Of a stretch of 64,000 nucleotides of DNA, positions 11,774 through 23,592 are shown one piece after another. The stretch comes from an uncultured delta proteobacterium. GTDB lineage: Bacteria > Myxococcota_A > Polyangia > Polyangiales > Polyangiaceae. Position 1 is the stretch's first letter, and the number at the start of each line of letters is the position of its first letter. A program made the translations under genes and the position numbers. The notes below the pieces were generated by a model, which made no database searches, was not told where the DNA came from, and saw nothing but the letters and a program-made list of their open reading frames with translations. The stretch covers positions 480,001 through 544,000 of the forward strand of contig CAWKKR010000001.1 of assembly GCA_963850305.1 (NCBI GenBank), given 5' to 3'.

Positions 11774-12943
11774 GTGACCCGACGCCGCGGCCCTCCTGCA
11801 CCTCACCGACAGAATGCGCGCTTCGGCGATCCGAATCGGGGACGCGGGCAACACGTGGCCCGACCTCGACCCGAGTCGCGGCCTGAACCCATTCCCAGAG
11901 GCGCCCTCGGTGCTCCCCCGGCGCCGGGCGAGTGGCTGCTCACGACGCGCGAGGGCGCGGAGATCGATCTCGTCGAGGAGCTCGCGCTCGGCGGACACGA
12001 GGGCGCGCGTGTCTTCGCGCCGGCCCTGGTCGCGGCGCGGCGTGTGCCGCGGAGCGACGGCCGCGCGACCCTGACGTTCGCGCGGCAGGGGTTCCAGGTC
12101 GATGCCGTGCTCGACGGTGAAAACGTCGACGAACTCCGCAGAAACGCAGTGCACGAGATCACGAAGCACCTCGCAGGCGCCGAGCAATACGTCCTCCACG
12201 TGTGGGTACCGGACGCGACGAAGGCAAACCCGCTCGCCGCGACGGCGCGCGCCGTCGAGGAGGCCCTGAAGCTCGAGCTCCAATCGGCGATTGCCGGAAC
12301 GAGCGCCGTCGCGGCGCGCGAGCTCGGGTCGAAATCGGTTCCGTTCGTTCAAGTTTGCTTGCTCTCCGAACAGCGCGCGGCGCTCGGCGTCTTGCGGTCG
12401 GACCAGGCCCTGTCACTCGCGCATGGCGGGCGCCTGCGCGTGCACGTCGGGGGCGACAAGCCGTCGCGCGCCGCGCGAAAAGTCGCCGAAGCCCTCACGT
12501 GGCTCGGCGTGGCCCCCGAACCGGGCGAGCGGTGCGTTGATCTGGGCGCCGCGCCGGGGGGATGGACCTGGTTTCTGTTGCAGCGCCGGGCCCGTGTCAT
12601 CGCCGTGGATCCAGCGCGCCTTCGTCCGGATTTGCTCCGTGATCGAGGACTCACTTACGTCGGGCGGAGCGCGTTCGAGTTCATTCCGGACGAACCGGTG
12701 GACTGGCTCTTCTGCGACATGGCGTGGCGTCCGCTCGAGGTCGCACAGATGCTCGCACGGTGGGCGCGGAAGCACGCCGCGTCCCTCCTCGTCGCGAACT
12801 TCAAGATGCCCATGAAGAAGAAGGCAGAGATGGTCGCGCAGATCCGCCGCACCCTCGAAGATGGCGGGTGGCGAGCCGTCAAGACGCGACAGCTCTATCA
12901 CGACCGCGACGAGGTCACCGTGACCGCCCGGCTCCTCGTCTGA
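11774..12943 (+). CDS. rlmM: RlmM-like 23S rRNA 2'-O-methyltransferase (FtsJ-like SAM domain)
   Basis: PSRAARKVAEA, VDLGAAPGGWT, VIAVDP, VDWLFCDM, ANFKMP, RQLYHDRDEVT. Exact start codon uncertain. Confidence 0.85.
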   Translation: MTRRRGPPAPHRQNARFGDPNRGRGQHVARPRPESRPEPIPRGALGAPPAPGEWLLTTREGAEIDLVEELALGGHEGARVFAPALVAARRVPRSDGRATLTFARQGFQVDAVLDGENVDELRRNAVHEITKHLAGAEQYVLHVWVPDATKANPLAATARAVEEALKLELQSAIAGTSAVAARELGSKSVPFVQVCLLSEQRAALGVLRSDQALSLAHGGRLRVHVGGDKPSRAARKVAEALTWLGVAPEPGERCVDLGAAPGGWTWFLLQRRARVIAVDPARLRPDLLRDRGLTYVGRSAFEFIPDEPVDWLFCDMAWRPLEVAQMLARWARKHAASLLVANFKMPMKKKAEMVAQIRRTLEDGGWRAVKTRQLYHDRDEVTVTARLLV

Positions 12944-13029
12944 CGGGTCACCGCGGTCCCCGGCGCTCGTTCCAGCCGCGCCAGAATCGAGGGGAGCGCA
13001 TGGCCTTTCCGGCCGTCGAGCTGGTCGAC

Positions 13030-13185
13030 CATGAGGTGAACTCACCTGAATCGTTCATCGTGAACCAAATCCACGAGGTCACCTCATCCGGATCGTTCAT
13101 CCTGAACCAAACCCACCAGGTCACCTCATCCGGATCGTTCATCCCGAACCAAATCCACCAGGTCACCTCATCCGGATCGTTCGAG
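13030..13185. repeat. 42-bp tandem repeat, about 3.7 copies
   Basis: Consensus CAC(C/G)AGGTCACCTCATCCGGATCGTTCATCC(T/C)GAACCAAA(T/C)C; units start at 13030, 13072, 13114 and 13156. The first unit is the most diverged. Confidence 0.92.
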
Positions 13186-13593
13186 ACGAATCGTTTCGCT
13201 GCCCACGCCTCACAGCACTCTGCGAGCACGATCGCGTAGGCGCGGCTCTTGTCCACTGCAGTCTGCCGCGCTTGCCCGACACCGCTCTCAGAACCGAGGC
13301 CCACACCGAGACCGCTCCCGATCTCCCGTCCCCCCGCCGCGCCTGCGCGGCTGCATCTCGCCACGAGGCCCGCAGGCTGGCCCGGCGGCGGCAACCGACT
13401 CTCGCCGCGCCCGTCACTCCGGTGCGTCCCCCAAATCTGTCGGCGCCGCGAATTTGTGCGCGTTCCCGCTCCCCATCCCGAAACCGTCTCTTCTTCCGGC
13501 TCCGCTCCCGCCCCCGTCCCCGCAACCGGCCCGACCTCCAATCAAGGCTGGGGGGTCAAGACAGTCAAGGCCCCCGTGCGAGCACAGCGAGCC

Positions 13594-14050
13594 CGCCGAA
13601 GGCGGCGGGGGAGCGGTCGCGAAGCGAGCCGCGGGGGCAAGGCAGGCAAGACCCCCATTGCCAAACCAGCGGAGCGAGCACGCCGAAGGCGGCGGGGGAG
13701 CGGTCGCGAAGCGAGCCGCGGGGGTCAAGACCCCCTTGGTTAACGAGCGGTCGCGAAGCGACCCGCGGGGGCAAGGCAGGCAAGACCCCCATTGCCAAAC
13801 CAGCGGAGCGAGCACGCCGAAGGCGGCGGGGGAGCGGTCGCGAAGCGAGCCGCGGGGGTCAAGACCCCCTTGGTTAACGAGCGGTCGCGAAGCGACCCGC
13901 GGGGGCAAGGCAGGCAAGACCCCCATTGCCAAACCAGCGGAGCGAGCACGCCGAAGGCGGCGGGGGAGCGGTCGCGAAGCGAGCCGCGGGGGTCAAGACC
14001 CCCTTGGTTAACGAGCGGTCGCGAAGCGAGCCGCGGGGGTCAAGACCCCC
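13594..14050. repeat. 134-bp tandem mosaic of palindromic (REP/BIME-like) hairpin motifs
   Basis: Core GAGCGGTCGCGAAGCGA(G/C)CCGCGGGGG at 13611, 13698, 13745, 13832, 13879, 13966 and 14013 (spacing alternates 87/47, period 134), with CGCCGAAGGCG and GGGGGTCAAGACCCCC palindromes and GTTAAC. Confidence 0.95.
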
Positions 14051-14051
14051 T

Positions 14052-16652
<2,601 letters not shown>

Positions 16653-16709
16653 CGGCTCCCCTGCCCCTCCGGGTTGTTCACGCTGACGCGCCCGCCGATG
16701 CGAAGCATC

Positions 16710-19700
16710 TCACAGGATTTGTATGTAGGCGAACGTGGCCAGATCGATCAAGACCAGGCCCTTCTCGGAGCCGTCGGAGACGACGAGCTGACCGAGCGCA
16801 GGCGAATACACCATGCTCGCGGGCGAGGTATTCGTGTCGTCCGCGGCAGATAGATTGACGAAGAGCGGCGAAAACCCGCCGTACACGGTCCAATCGAACT
16901 CGTCGTCTCGCTGGCTCGAAGCTTGCCCGCCTTGGGGGATTCCGCTGTAGATCGCGAAGCTGGTCGTGAGACCGTCGTAGATACACTGGGAGTTCGGCGC
17001 GCCGATGGTGAGGGGCGGCGGATTGGCCGCGTCGAAGATGCACGCGACCTCGCCCGCGATCGGCGGACCGATCGCGGCCACCGGATCCGTCGGGGATGCC
17101 TTGCAACCGTCGGTGCAGGACACTTCCTGCACGCGGCTCGACAGGTGAGAGCGCAGTGGATTCGTATCGGGGATACAGCTGCCGTCGGGGCCCGTCGTGA
17201 TGTCGTGCCGGAAGCCCGAGAGCGAGCCCGTCACGACCCACTCCGCGGACGCCCGCACTTGATAGTCGACGGGTGCGGGGAAACAGCACGCGAGGAACTC
17301 GGAAATATTCCGCGCGGTCGACGAGCTGGGGCTCGCGCTGCGCGGCGTGAGGGTGAGAACATTGCGCGTCGCGTGTTCGATGCGAAGCTCGCGGAGCGCG
17401 CCTGGTTCGTCGTGAGTGCCGAGTTCCGTGCTGCACGCAAGATACCCCGAGCCGGCCTGGTTCGGGTCGGCACCGCCGCACGCGGCTCCGGGGTTCCCCT
17501 TTTGCCACCAGGTGTCGGTCTGATCGAGCAGGTCGGACAGAATCTGCACGTAGTCGGCGTGCATCTCGCCGAACTGGTCTCGCTTCGCCGCACTGACGCC
17601 GAGGCCGTCGCCACGAAGGCTGGCCGCGCTTTCGTCCTCGACGCCCGCGTCGCAAAACACGATGCCGCTATCCGTCAGCGTCATCGTGCCGTTCGAGTAG
17701 CCGAGCGTCGCCGGCGGTCGCTCGCCGATGAGTGGGCCCTCGTAGCGCGCCGAGAAATCCTCCTGGGGCGCGTACGAGCGCGGCTCGGCGAAGCTCAGCA
17801 CGAGGGAGCTCTGGGCCAGATTCGGATCCCGAGGGTCGATGAGGAGCGGGCTCTGGTTGGCGGGCGTCTTCTGCGAATCGTACAGCGTGGTGCCGATGTA
17901 GACCTGCGCGCGATCGGCCGGCGCGCTCGACAGATTCACGCCGAGCATGTGCGGATGGAGGATCCCCTCGGCGGTCTTGTCCGTGGGGAGCGAACGGCCG
18001 TCCACGGAGACGAGGCGCGGGAAGGAGCGAAGCGACGGCGCGCGAACGCCCACGGCCGGATTGTTCAGCATCGCGAGGGAGCTTCGAGTCCGCTCGGGCT
18101 CGACGGAGTGGCAGCTCACCTCGTTCGTCACGGTCGGCGTGCCATCGGGCAGGACGTAGCTCGCGATGTGTTTCGGGTCGTCCGCGCAGCCGTGGATGTC
18201 CTCGGTGCTCGAGGTGTTCAGGGTCTCGGGGCGGCGGCAGTCTGCGTCGAAGTCCTCGACGTCGACGACCGAGATCTGGCCCGTCTCGAGCGCCACGAAG
18301 CCGAAGACTCCCCGCAGGTTGGCCGGAATCGCACCGGTCGAAAGATCGACGGACGGACGGTACTGAGCGCCAGGCGCCGTGGCCGGAAGGCTGGGGTTCG
18401 GGTCGCAGAACACGCCGACTGGTTCGGACGGGGGAGCGGGATTCAGAGGAACGTCGTCGCGGAGCGCGAAGGCGACGTCACGCGCGGGCGCGTCGAACGC
18501 GATGCGATCCGGGGGCTCGAACGGCAGGAGCGGCGATCGAGGCCGGAGTAACGGCGTTCGATTGGCCGCGCCCGGACTGATGTCGAAGATCATGACGCTC
18601 CCGCCGCCGACCGTGTCGATCGCATAAAGGTAGCGTTGCTCGGTCGTCGTGAGTGGGCTCGCGGCGATCTTCCCCGTCGTGACGACGCGCGCGGGATCGA
18701 GATAGCTCTCCGGCAAGAGCGGCGGCTGTTCCGCGATCGAGCACGGATCCGAGACGTCGAGGACGTGAACGACCGGAGCGACGGCATCGCCGACGAACAA
18801 TCGATGCTCGGCCGTGATCGGGTCGTCGACCAGGGCAAAACCGCTGGGCTGCGGCGAGAAGCCCTCGGGCTCCGCAGGCTGGACGAGACCAGGCGCGACG
18901 TATCCGGTGTTCAAGTCCGCGGGGAGAACCTCGGGGATGGGAGTCTTCGGCAGATCGACCTTCAGCGAAACGTAGCGTTCGATCGGGCAAGGGTCGTACG
19001 ACCCGGGCGTGCGGTCGAGTAACTCCTGGGCATCCACGATCGCGATCTGACCGCTCGCGGGCAGCGCGACGGCGAGCTTACGCCGTCCCGGCACGGTCGT
19101 TTCGAGCGACAGATCCGCGGGGCACGAGAGCCCGCTCGGCTGGGGCGTCTGCGGCGCGTTCGAGTCGCAGCTCGCGCGGATGACGGGCGGAGTGCTCGGA
19201 TCCCCGTCGCGCGGCGGATCGATGAGCAGCGCCATTTCACCGGGCGCGCTCGGCAAGCGACACGCGGGCCACGTTGTGATGTCCCGGATCGGCTCGTTTC
19301 CTTTGCGCGGCTTAACGCAGGAGGTCGGCAGCGCGAAGATGCCCTCTTTGCCGGGTTCCGCCACCGAAACGAAGCTCGCGAGCCCCCCGGGCGTGGAGAC
19401 GATGCTCGTCGGCTGGCTTCCGATGGGCAAGAACGAAAACCCCGGGATCGTCTGATCCTCATCGACGACCGCTTCCGTGTCGAGATCCACGAGCGCGACC
19501 TCACCCCGGGTCGTCTGCGTGACGAGCGCAAAGAGGTGCCGCGCTTCGTTGTCGACCAGGCTCTGGTCCGGACAGTCCCCGATGTCCCGCGGCTCGAAGT
19601 TCGTGTTCATGCACAGAAACGAGACCTCGCCGTTCGACTCGAGAGAACGCAGGGTGACGGCCTGAGTCGTGTTGCCGCAGCCGATCGCGGCCGTACCGAG

Positions 19701-19736
19701 CGCGATCGTCGCGAAAAGCCACCTGTACAGGTTCAC
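16710..19736 (-). CDS. Large Cys-rich lipoprotein (~1008 aa), probable beta-propeller content, function unknown
   Basis: GTG at 19736 overlaps the upstream TGA (GTGA coupling). Signal peptide/lipobox LFATIALGTAAIG-C; many short beta-strand segments (GEVALVDL, GQIAIVDA, GQISVVDV, GLVLIDL). Confidence 0.75.
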   Translation of the reverse strand: MNLYRWLFATIALGTAAIGCGNTTQAVTLRSLESNGEVSFLCMNTNFEPRDIGDCPDQSLVDNEARHLFALVTQTTRGEVALVDLDTEAVVDEDQTIPGFSFLPIGSQPTSIVSTPGGLASFVSVAEPGKEGIFALPTSCVKPRKGNEPIRDITTWPACRLPSAPGEMALLIDPPRDGDPSTPPVIRASCDSNAPQTPQPSGLSCPADLSLETTVPGRRKLAVALPASGQIAIVDAQELLDRTPGSYDPCPIERYVSLKVDLPKTPIPEVLPADLNTGYVAPGLVQPAEPEGFSPQPSGFALVDDPITAEHRLFVGDAVAPVVHVLDVSDPCSIAEQPPLLPESYLDPARVVTTGKIAASPLTTTEQRYLYAIDTVGGGSVMIFDISPGAANRTPLLRPRSPLLPFEPPDRIAFDAPARDVAFALRDDVPLNPAPPSEPVGVFCDPNPSLPATAPGAQYRPSVDLSTGAIPANLRGVFGFVALETGQISVVDVEDFDADCRRPETLNTSSTEDIHGCADDPKHIASYVLPDGTPTVTNEVSCHSVEPERTRSSLAMLNNPAVGVRAPSLRSFPRLVSVDGRSLPTDKTAEGILHPHMLGVNLSSAPADRAQVYIGTTLYDSQKTPANQSPLLIDPRDPNLAQSSLVLSFAEPRSYAPQEDFSARYEGPLIGERPPATLGYSNGTMTLTDSGIVFCDAGVEDESAASLRGDGLGVSAAKRDQFGEMHADYVQILSDLLDQTDTWWQKGNPGAACGGADPNQAGSGYLACSTELGTHDEPGALRELRIEHATRNVLTLTPRSASPSSSTARNISEFLACCFPAPVDYQVRASAEWVVTGSLSGFRHDITTGPDGSCIPDTNPLRSHLSSRVQEVSCTDGCKASPTDPVAAIGPPIAGEVACIFDAANPPPLTIGAPNSQCIYDGLTTSFAIYSGIPQGGQASSQRDDEFDWTVYGGFSPLFVNLSAADDTNTSPASMVYSPALGQLVVSDGSEKGLVLIDLATFAYIQIL

Positions 19737-21553
19737 TTCGAGGCCCTCGGCTGGATGGGCTGACCGATGGTCAGGAGCATCTTGCCGTACGTGAGCGTGT
19801 GGCGCTGATCGAGGTCCACGATGCCGACGTACGAATCCGTGAAGTGACCGATGTAACCGAGGCCGTGTGGCGCATCGACGGCGAGCGAGTACGGTCCACG
19901 GCCCGTCTGGATCTCCGTATCGAAAGTGCCGGCGACCGGGTCGTACACGTAGATGGCACGCGCATCGAAGCAGATGACGAACACGCGCCGCGCAAGGTGG
20001 CCGTGGGTGTCGATGACGGACCCCAGGACGACGCGCGACGCCCCGGTTGCTACGGGAATCGAGTCGTAAAAGCTCGGTAGATCGTCCGTTGGGACACCGA
20101 TCTGCTCCGGCGTCGCCCCGCTTTCCGGCACCGGCCGATTCGGCTGGGTGCGGCCGACGAGGAGCGTCGGGGGCTCTCGGTTCGCGACGTAGACGGGCAG
20201 CGGGATCGAGGCGCACTGAGTGAAACACGCGGTGAGATTCGCCGGCGACGAAACGCCGGCATCGGTCGTGAGCCCGCCGTCCACGCCGGTTCCGCCATCG
20301 ACGCCGGTCGTGGCGCCCCGGCATGCCGCCTCGCACGCCGCACGAGCGTCATCGTCGACGGCTATACCGCGAGAGTCGAACCCTTGCGAGTTCGTGCTGA
20401 TCGGAGTGCTCGTCGCCGCTTCGATGAAGGGCCTATCGTAGAGCGCACCGTTCGGGCTCGCAGCGGCGTATCCGAAATAGCGAACGAGCTGAACCTGCGC
20501 GGCATTGCTGAACGTCAGCAGGAACCCCGGTTGATAAGGAATTCGCGGGGCGACGTAGCCGATCGACGGATCGTTCTCCAGCAGAGCCGGGACCGGAATC
20601 GCGGTGATGTCCATCGCCCCGATCGGCAGAGGCACGCCAGAGGGCAAGTCGCTCAGGACGTACTCGAGCTCGGGACCCGCGGGGGCGCCGTCCTCGGGAA
20701 CCCAGTGATTGACGAAGAGCGCGAGCTGTCCGGTGGTCTGGTGCGTGGTGATCAACGCCTGGCCGGCCCCGTCGATCGCGATCCCGTAGGGCTCCGGAGG
20801 TAGCACCTCGTCGTTCGAGTTGACCTCGGTCGGTTCTGTGCCGCGGCGGTGATTGGCGTCGCAGATGCCATCGGCACCCTGCCCGCAGTGCAAGAGTCCG
20901 GCGTTCGGTTCCGCCGCACTCGCGGTGTCGTCCACGTCAATCCAGTTCACGGCCGCGTCGCCGCGCGCCGCGACGAAGATGCGAGCGCCGTCGTCGCTCG
21001 GAGTCCGACTGTAAACGAGGTCCGTCGCGAAAGCCCCGATGGAGACGCTGTCCGCCAGATACGGCGCCGAATCGATGTAGTTGCACCGCCCTGGAACGAG
21101 CAGCGCTGCCGCCGCGGACTGCTCCCCGACGGACCCGCAGGGGACGGGATTACTGGCGTCCACGCACCAGTGGCTCGGCGCCTGATTCGTGCTCGAGACC
21201 GCGAGATCGCAGCTCTGCCCGGTCGCGCAATCGGCATCGGCGTTGCAGTACTTCGGGACGATCTTCCGCAGTGCGACGAGGTCGTAGGCCTGAAGCGTCC
21301 CCGCGTTGAACTGAAGGTCGAAGTCGCTGTTCGCGACATACATCCAGCGGGGCTCGTCGGACTCCGGGGCGGGCTCGTTCACCGAGGGCGACAGGGCGAT
21401 ACCGACCGGAAAATAGATTCGGCCGATCGGGGGCGGCCGTCCGTTGTCGGCTGGGTAACAACCGATGGCTCCGGCGAGCGCCGGCACCGCAGCCAACGCC
21501 GCGGCGGCGCTGCGTCCGCGCCGCGGACCAATCCAAGAACGCTGCAAGGTCAA
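19733..21553 (-). CDS. Lipoprotein with YncE/YVTN-like beta-propeller segments
   Basis: Lipobox ALAGAIG-C; IYFPVGIALS, MYVANSDFDL, VYVANR, FVICFDARAIYVYD, TGRGPYSLAVD, YIGHFTDSYVGIVDL; Cys motif CNADADCATGQSC. Confidence 0.75.
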   Translation of the reverse strand: MTLQRSWIGPRRGRSAAAALAAVPALAGAIGCYPADNGRPPPIGRIYFPVGIALSPSVNEPAPESDEPRWMYVANSDFDLQFNAGTLQAYDLVALRKIVPKYCNADADCATGQSCDLAVSSTNQAPSHWCVDASNPVPCGSVGEQSAAAALLVPGRCNYIDSAPYLADSVSIGAFATDLVYSRTPSDDGARIFVAARGDAAVNWIDVDDTASAAEPNAGLLHCGQGADGICDANHRRGTEPTEVNSNDEVLPPEPYGIAIDGAGQALITTHQTTGQLALFVNHWVPEDGAPAGPELEYVLSDLPSGVPLPIGAMDITAIPVPALLENDPSIGYVAPRIPYQPGFLLTFSNAAQVQLVRYFGYAAASPNGALYDRPFIEAATSTPISTNSQGFDSRGIAVDDDARAACEAACRGATTGVDGGTGVDGGLTTDAGVSSPANLTACFTQCASIPLPVYVANREPPTLLVGRTQPNRPVPESGATPEQIGVPTDDLPSFYDSIPVATGASRVVLGSVIDTHGHLARRVFVICFDARAIYVYDPVAGTFDTEIQTGRGPYSLAVDAPHGLGYIGHFTDSYVGIVDLDQRHTLTYGKMLLTIGQPIQPRASK

Positions 21554-21761
21554 GTCGCCCGGCGTTCTAAATCAGCGCGCCGGATTCGGCTAGCGTTCTT
21601 CCCGCAGCCGGAGCGACCGTTTCGCGTGCCCTCCCCCATGGGGTGAAGCGAAATGCAGCGTCGACCCAGGCAATCTCCGGCTGACCGGGCTCACCAGGCC
21701 CTCGGCAGGGGCCGATTGCCCCGAACGCCTGTTCCGAAGCGTGCCCTTTACGACAACTCGC

Positions 21762-21947
21762 TCAGCCGAGATCCAGGATGGTAATGCCCCGCTCGACGTC
21801 GTCCTGGTCGTCCGGCTCCTCCGGGGGACGCCGAGCCGGCTGGTAGATCTCCAGGGGCAGCTCAAGCCTTGGCTGCTGACGGTCCTGTCGCCGCTTCTCC
21901 TGCTCTTCGCGCTGCCGGATCTGCTCGATGATGAACGGGGGTAGCAT
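21762..21947 (-). CDS. Small hypothetical protein (61 aa)
   Basis: ATG with GGAG upstream; GC-rich third codon positions; MLPPFIIEQIRQRE...RLELPLE...ERGITILDL; fills an otherwise empty gap. Confidence 0.75.
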   Translation of the reverse strand: MLPPFIIEQIRQREEQEKRRQDRQQPRLELPLEIYQPARRPPEEPDDQDDVERGITILDLG

Positions 21948-22048
21948 GGGCGCTCCGAATGGTCTCCCTGGGCAAGACCTATCCCGGACTTCTACGACAT
22001 AACTTAGTTGTTCGTTCTATGCGGTCAAGTCGACCCGGGGCAAAGTTG

Positions 22049-23592
22049 ATGCGTCTTGCCTCGGTAGCCACCCGGTCACTCTTTGCTCGTGGCTGGTCAA
22101 CTATTTCCCGAATACCTCTCGTGGCGGTGAAGGCAAGGATTATTCAGCCGCTGTCCGCACGTAGGACGCACCGCGTTGCCTGGGCATCCCGCGTCAGCCG
22201 ATGCCGGCTTCGGCGAGTCGTAGAGTGCAGCCTGGCTCTTTGCTGCGTGCTTTACGCGCTCCCGGCGCATGCGTCGTTCGCCTATAAGGACGCTACGTGG
22301 GAGGGCACGAGCCAGTTCCTGGCGATGGCGCGTGCCCGGCTTGGAAGCGAGCGGGTTCGCGCAGTCGCGACGCTGCCGTGGGATGAAATTCAGCCGGCGG
22401 ACGGCGTGCTGATCCTGCACCCCGAACGGGAGCCCGACTATCGCGACGTCGCCGCCTTTCTCGGGGCTGGTGGCCGATTGGGCGTCATCGACGACTACGG
22501 CAAGGGCGACGAGCTGCTCCGTCGCTTCCGGATCCACCGCGTCCGGGCGCCTGCAAACCCCAAAGAGCCGCTGCGCGACAACCCGAACCTGCCGATCGCC
22601 GTCCCTGCCGTGACGACGGATGGCCGGACGCATCCGCTGGTCGCCGGCGTCGAACGAGTCGTAACGAACCACCCCACGGGACTCGAAACCGACCCGAAGC
22701 TCGATCTCACCACGGTTCTCGAGCTACCCGCGGTAGGGGAACCACCGACGCCTCTGGCCCTGATCGGCGTCATTGGAGACACGCTTCGTTGCGGGTTGGT
22801 TTCCGACGGCTTCGGTGCCGTTTCCGCGGCACCGCGGGCCGTCGACGCGCGATGTGGGCGCCTGTTCGCGATGGGAGATCCCTCCGCCTTCATCAATCTG
22901 ATGCTGCGGTATCCAGGCAACCGGACGTTCGCCGAGAAGCTCATCGACTATCTGGTGGCCGATGACTCGTGGGGACACCGCGGTGGTGTACTCTATCTGG
23001 TTGCAAACGATTTCGCCGAGCGCGGCAGTTTTGGCAAGCAGGACGGGCTCTCGAACGCGATCGATGAGCGGCTGGAGGCGCTCGCGCGCCTCGTAGCCGA
23101 TACTCGCCGGGATGGACTTCCGGGTCCGCTTGCACTGGCGCTGGGCGCGCTCGTCGCGGCCGGCGCGTCGCTTTGGGGGGTCGGAGCCGCCACGCGACGG
23201 TACCGTCGCGCGCTCCCTCGCTACGCCCGCGCCACGCCCCTGGTCGCGCAGGGGGGACTCGCCGGGCGCGCGGCGGTGCTCGCCGCGGATACGACACATC
23301 GGGCGCTCACGGTACTCGAACTGAAGGCGGCCCTCGAAGAGTCGCTTCGCGAGCGGACGGGCATCCGGGGGGATCCATCGTCGACCTGGTCGAAGAGATC
23401 GATCGACAATCCGCCCTGAGTCGGCGAAATTCCGTGGCATTGAGAGACATCGTGCGAGAAATGACGCGAGCGGAAGCCGCGGTGGCGAAGACCGAGAGCA
23501 TCGGGGTCTCGGAGCCGTCGCTTCGGCGGATGCACGAAACCATGCTCGTGGTCCTCTCGGAGCTGGAAGAGCATAGGCCGGGAAACCCGTGA
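22049..23592 (+). CDS. DUF4350-like exported/membrane protein, frameshifted at G6 tract 23367-23372
   Basis: Signal-like ALPAHA, WEGTSQF, FLGAGGRL, MGDPSAFINLML...GNRTFA and a TM helix. Adding one G to the G6 run gives ...GIRGGSIVDLVEEIDRQ... ending at TGA 23592, which overlaps the moxR GTG. Start uncertain. Confidence 0.7.

Noticed and set aside
13594..14050. CRISPR array
   Set aside because: The sequences between core repeats are two alternating identical linkers rather than unique spacers, and no cas genes are present.
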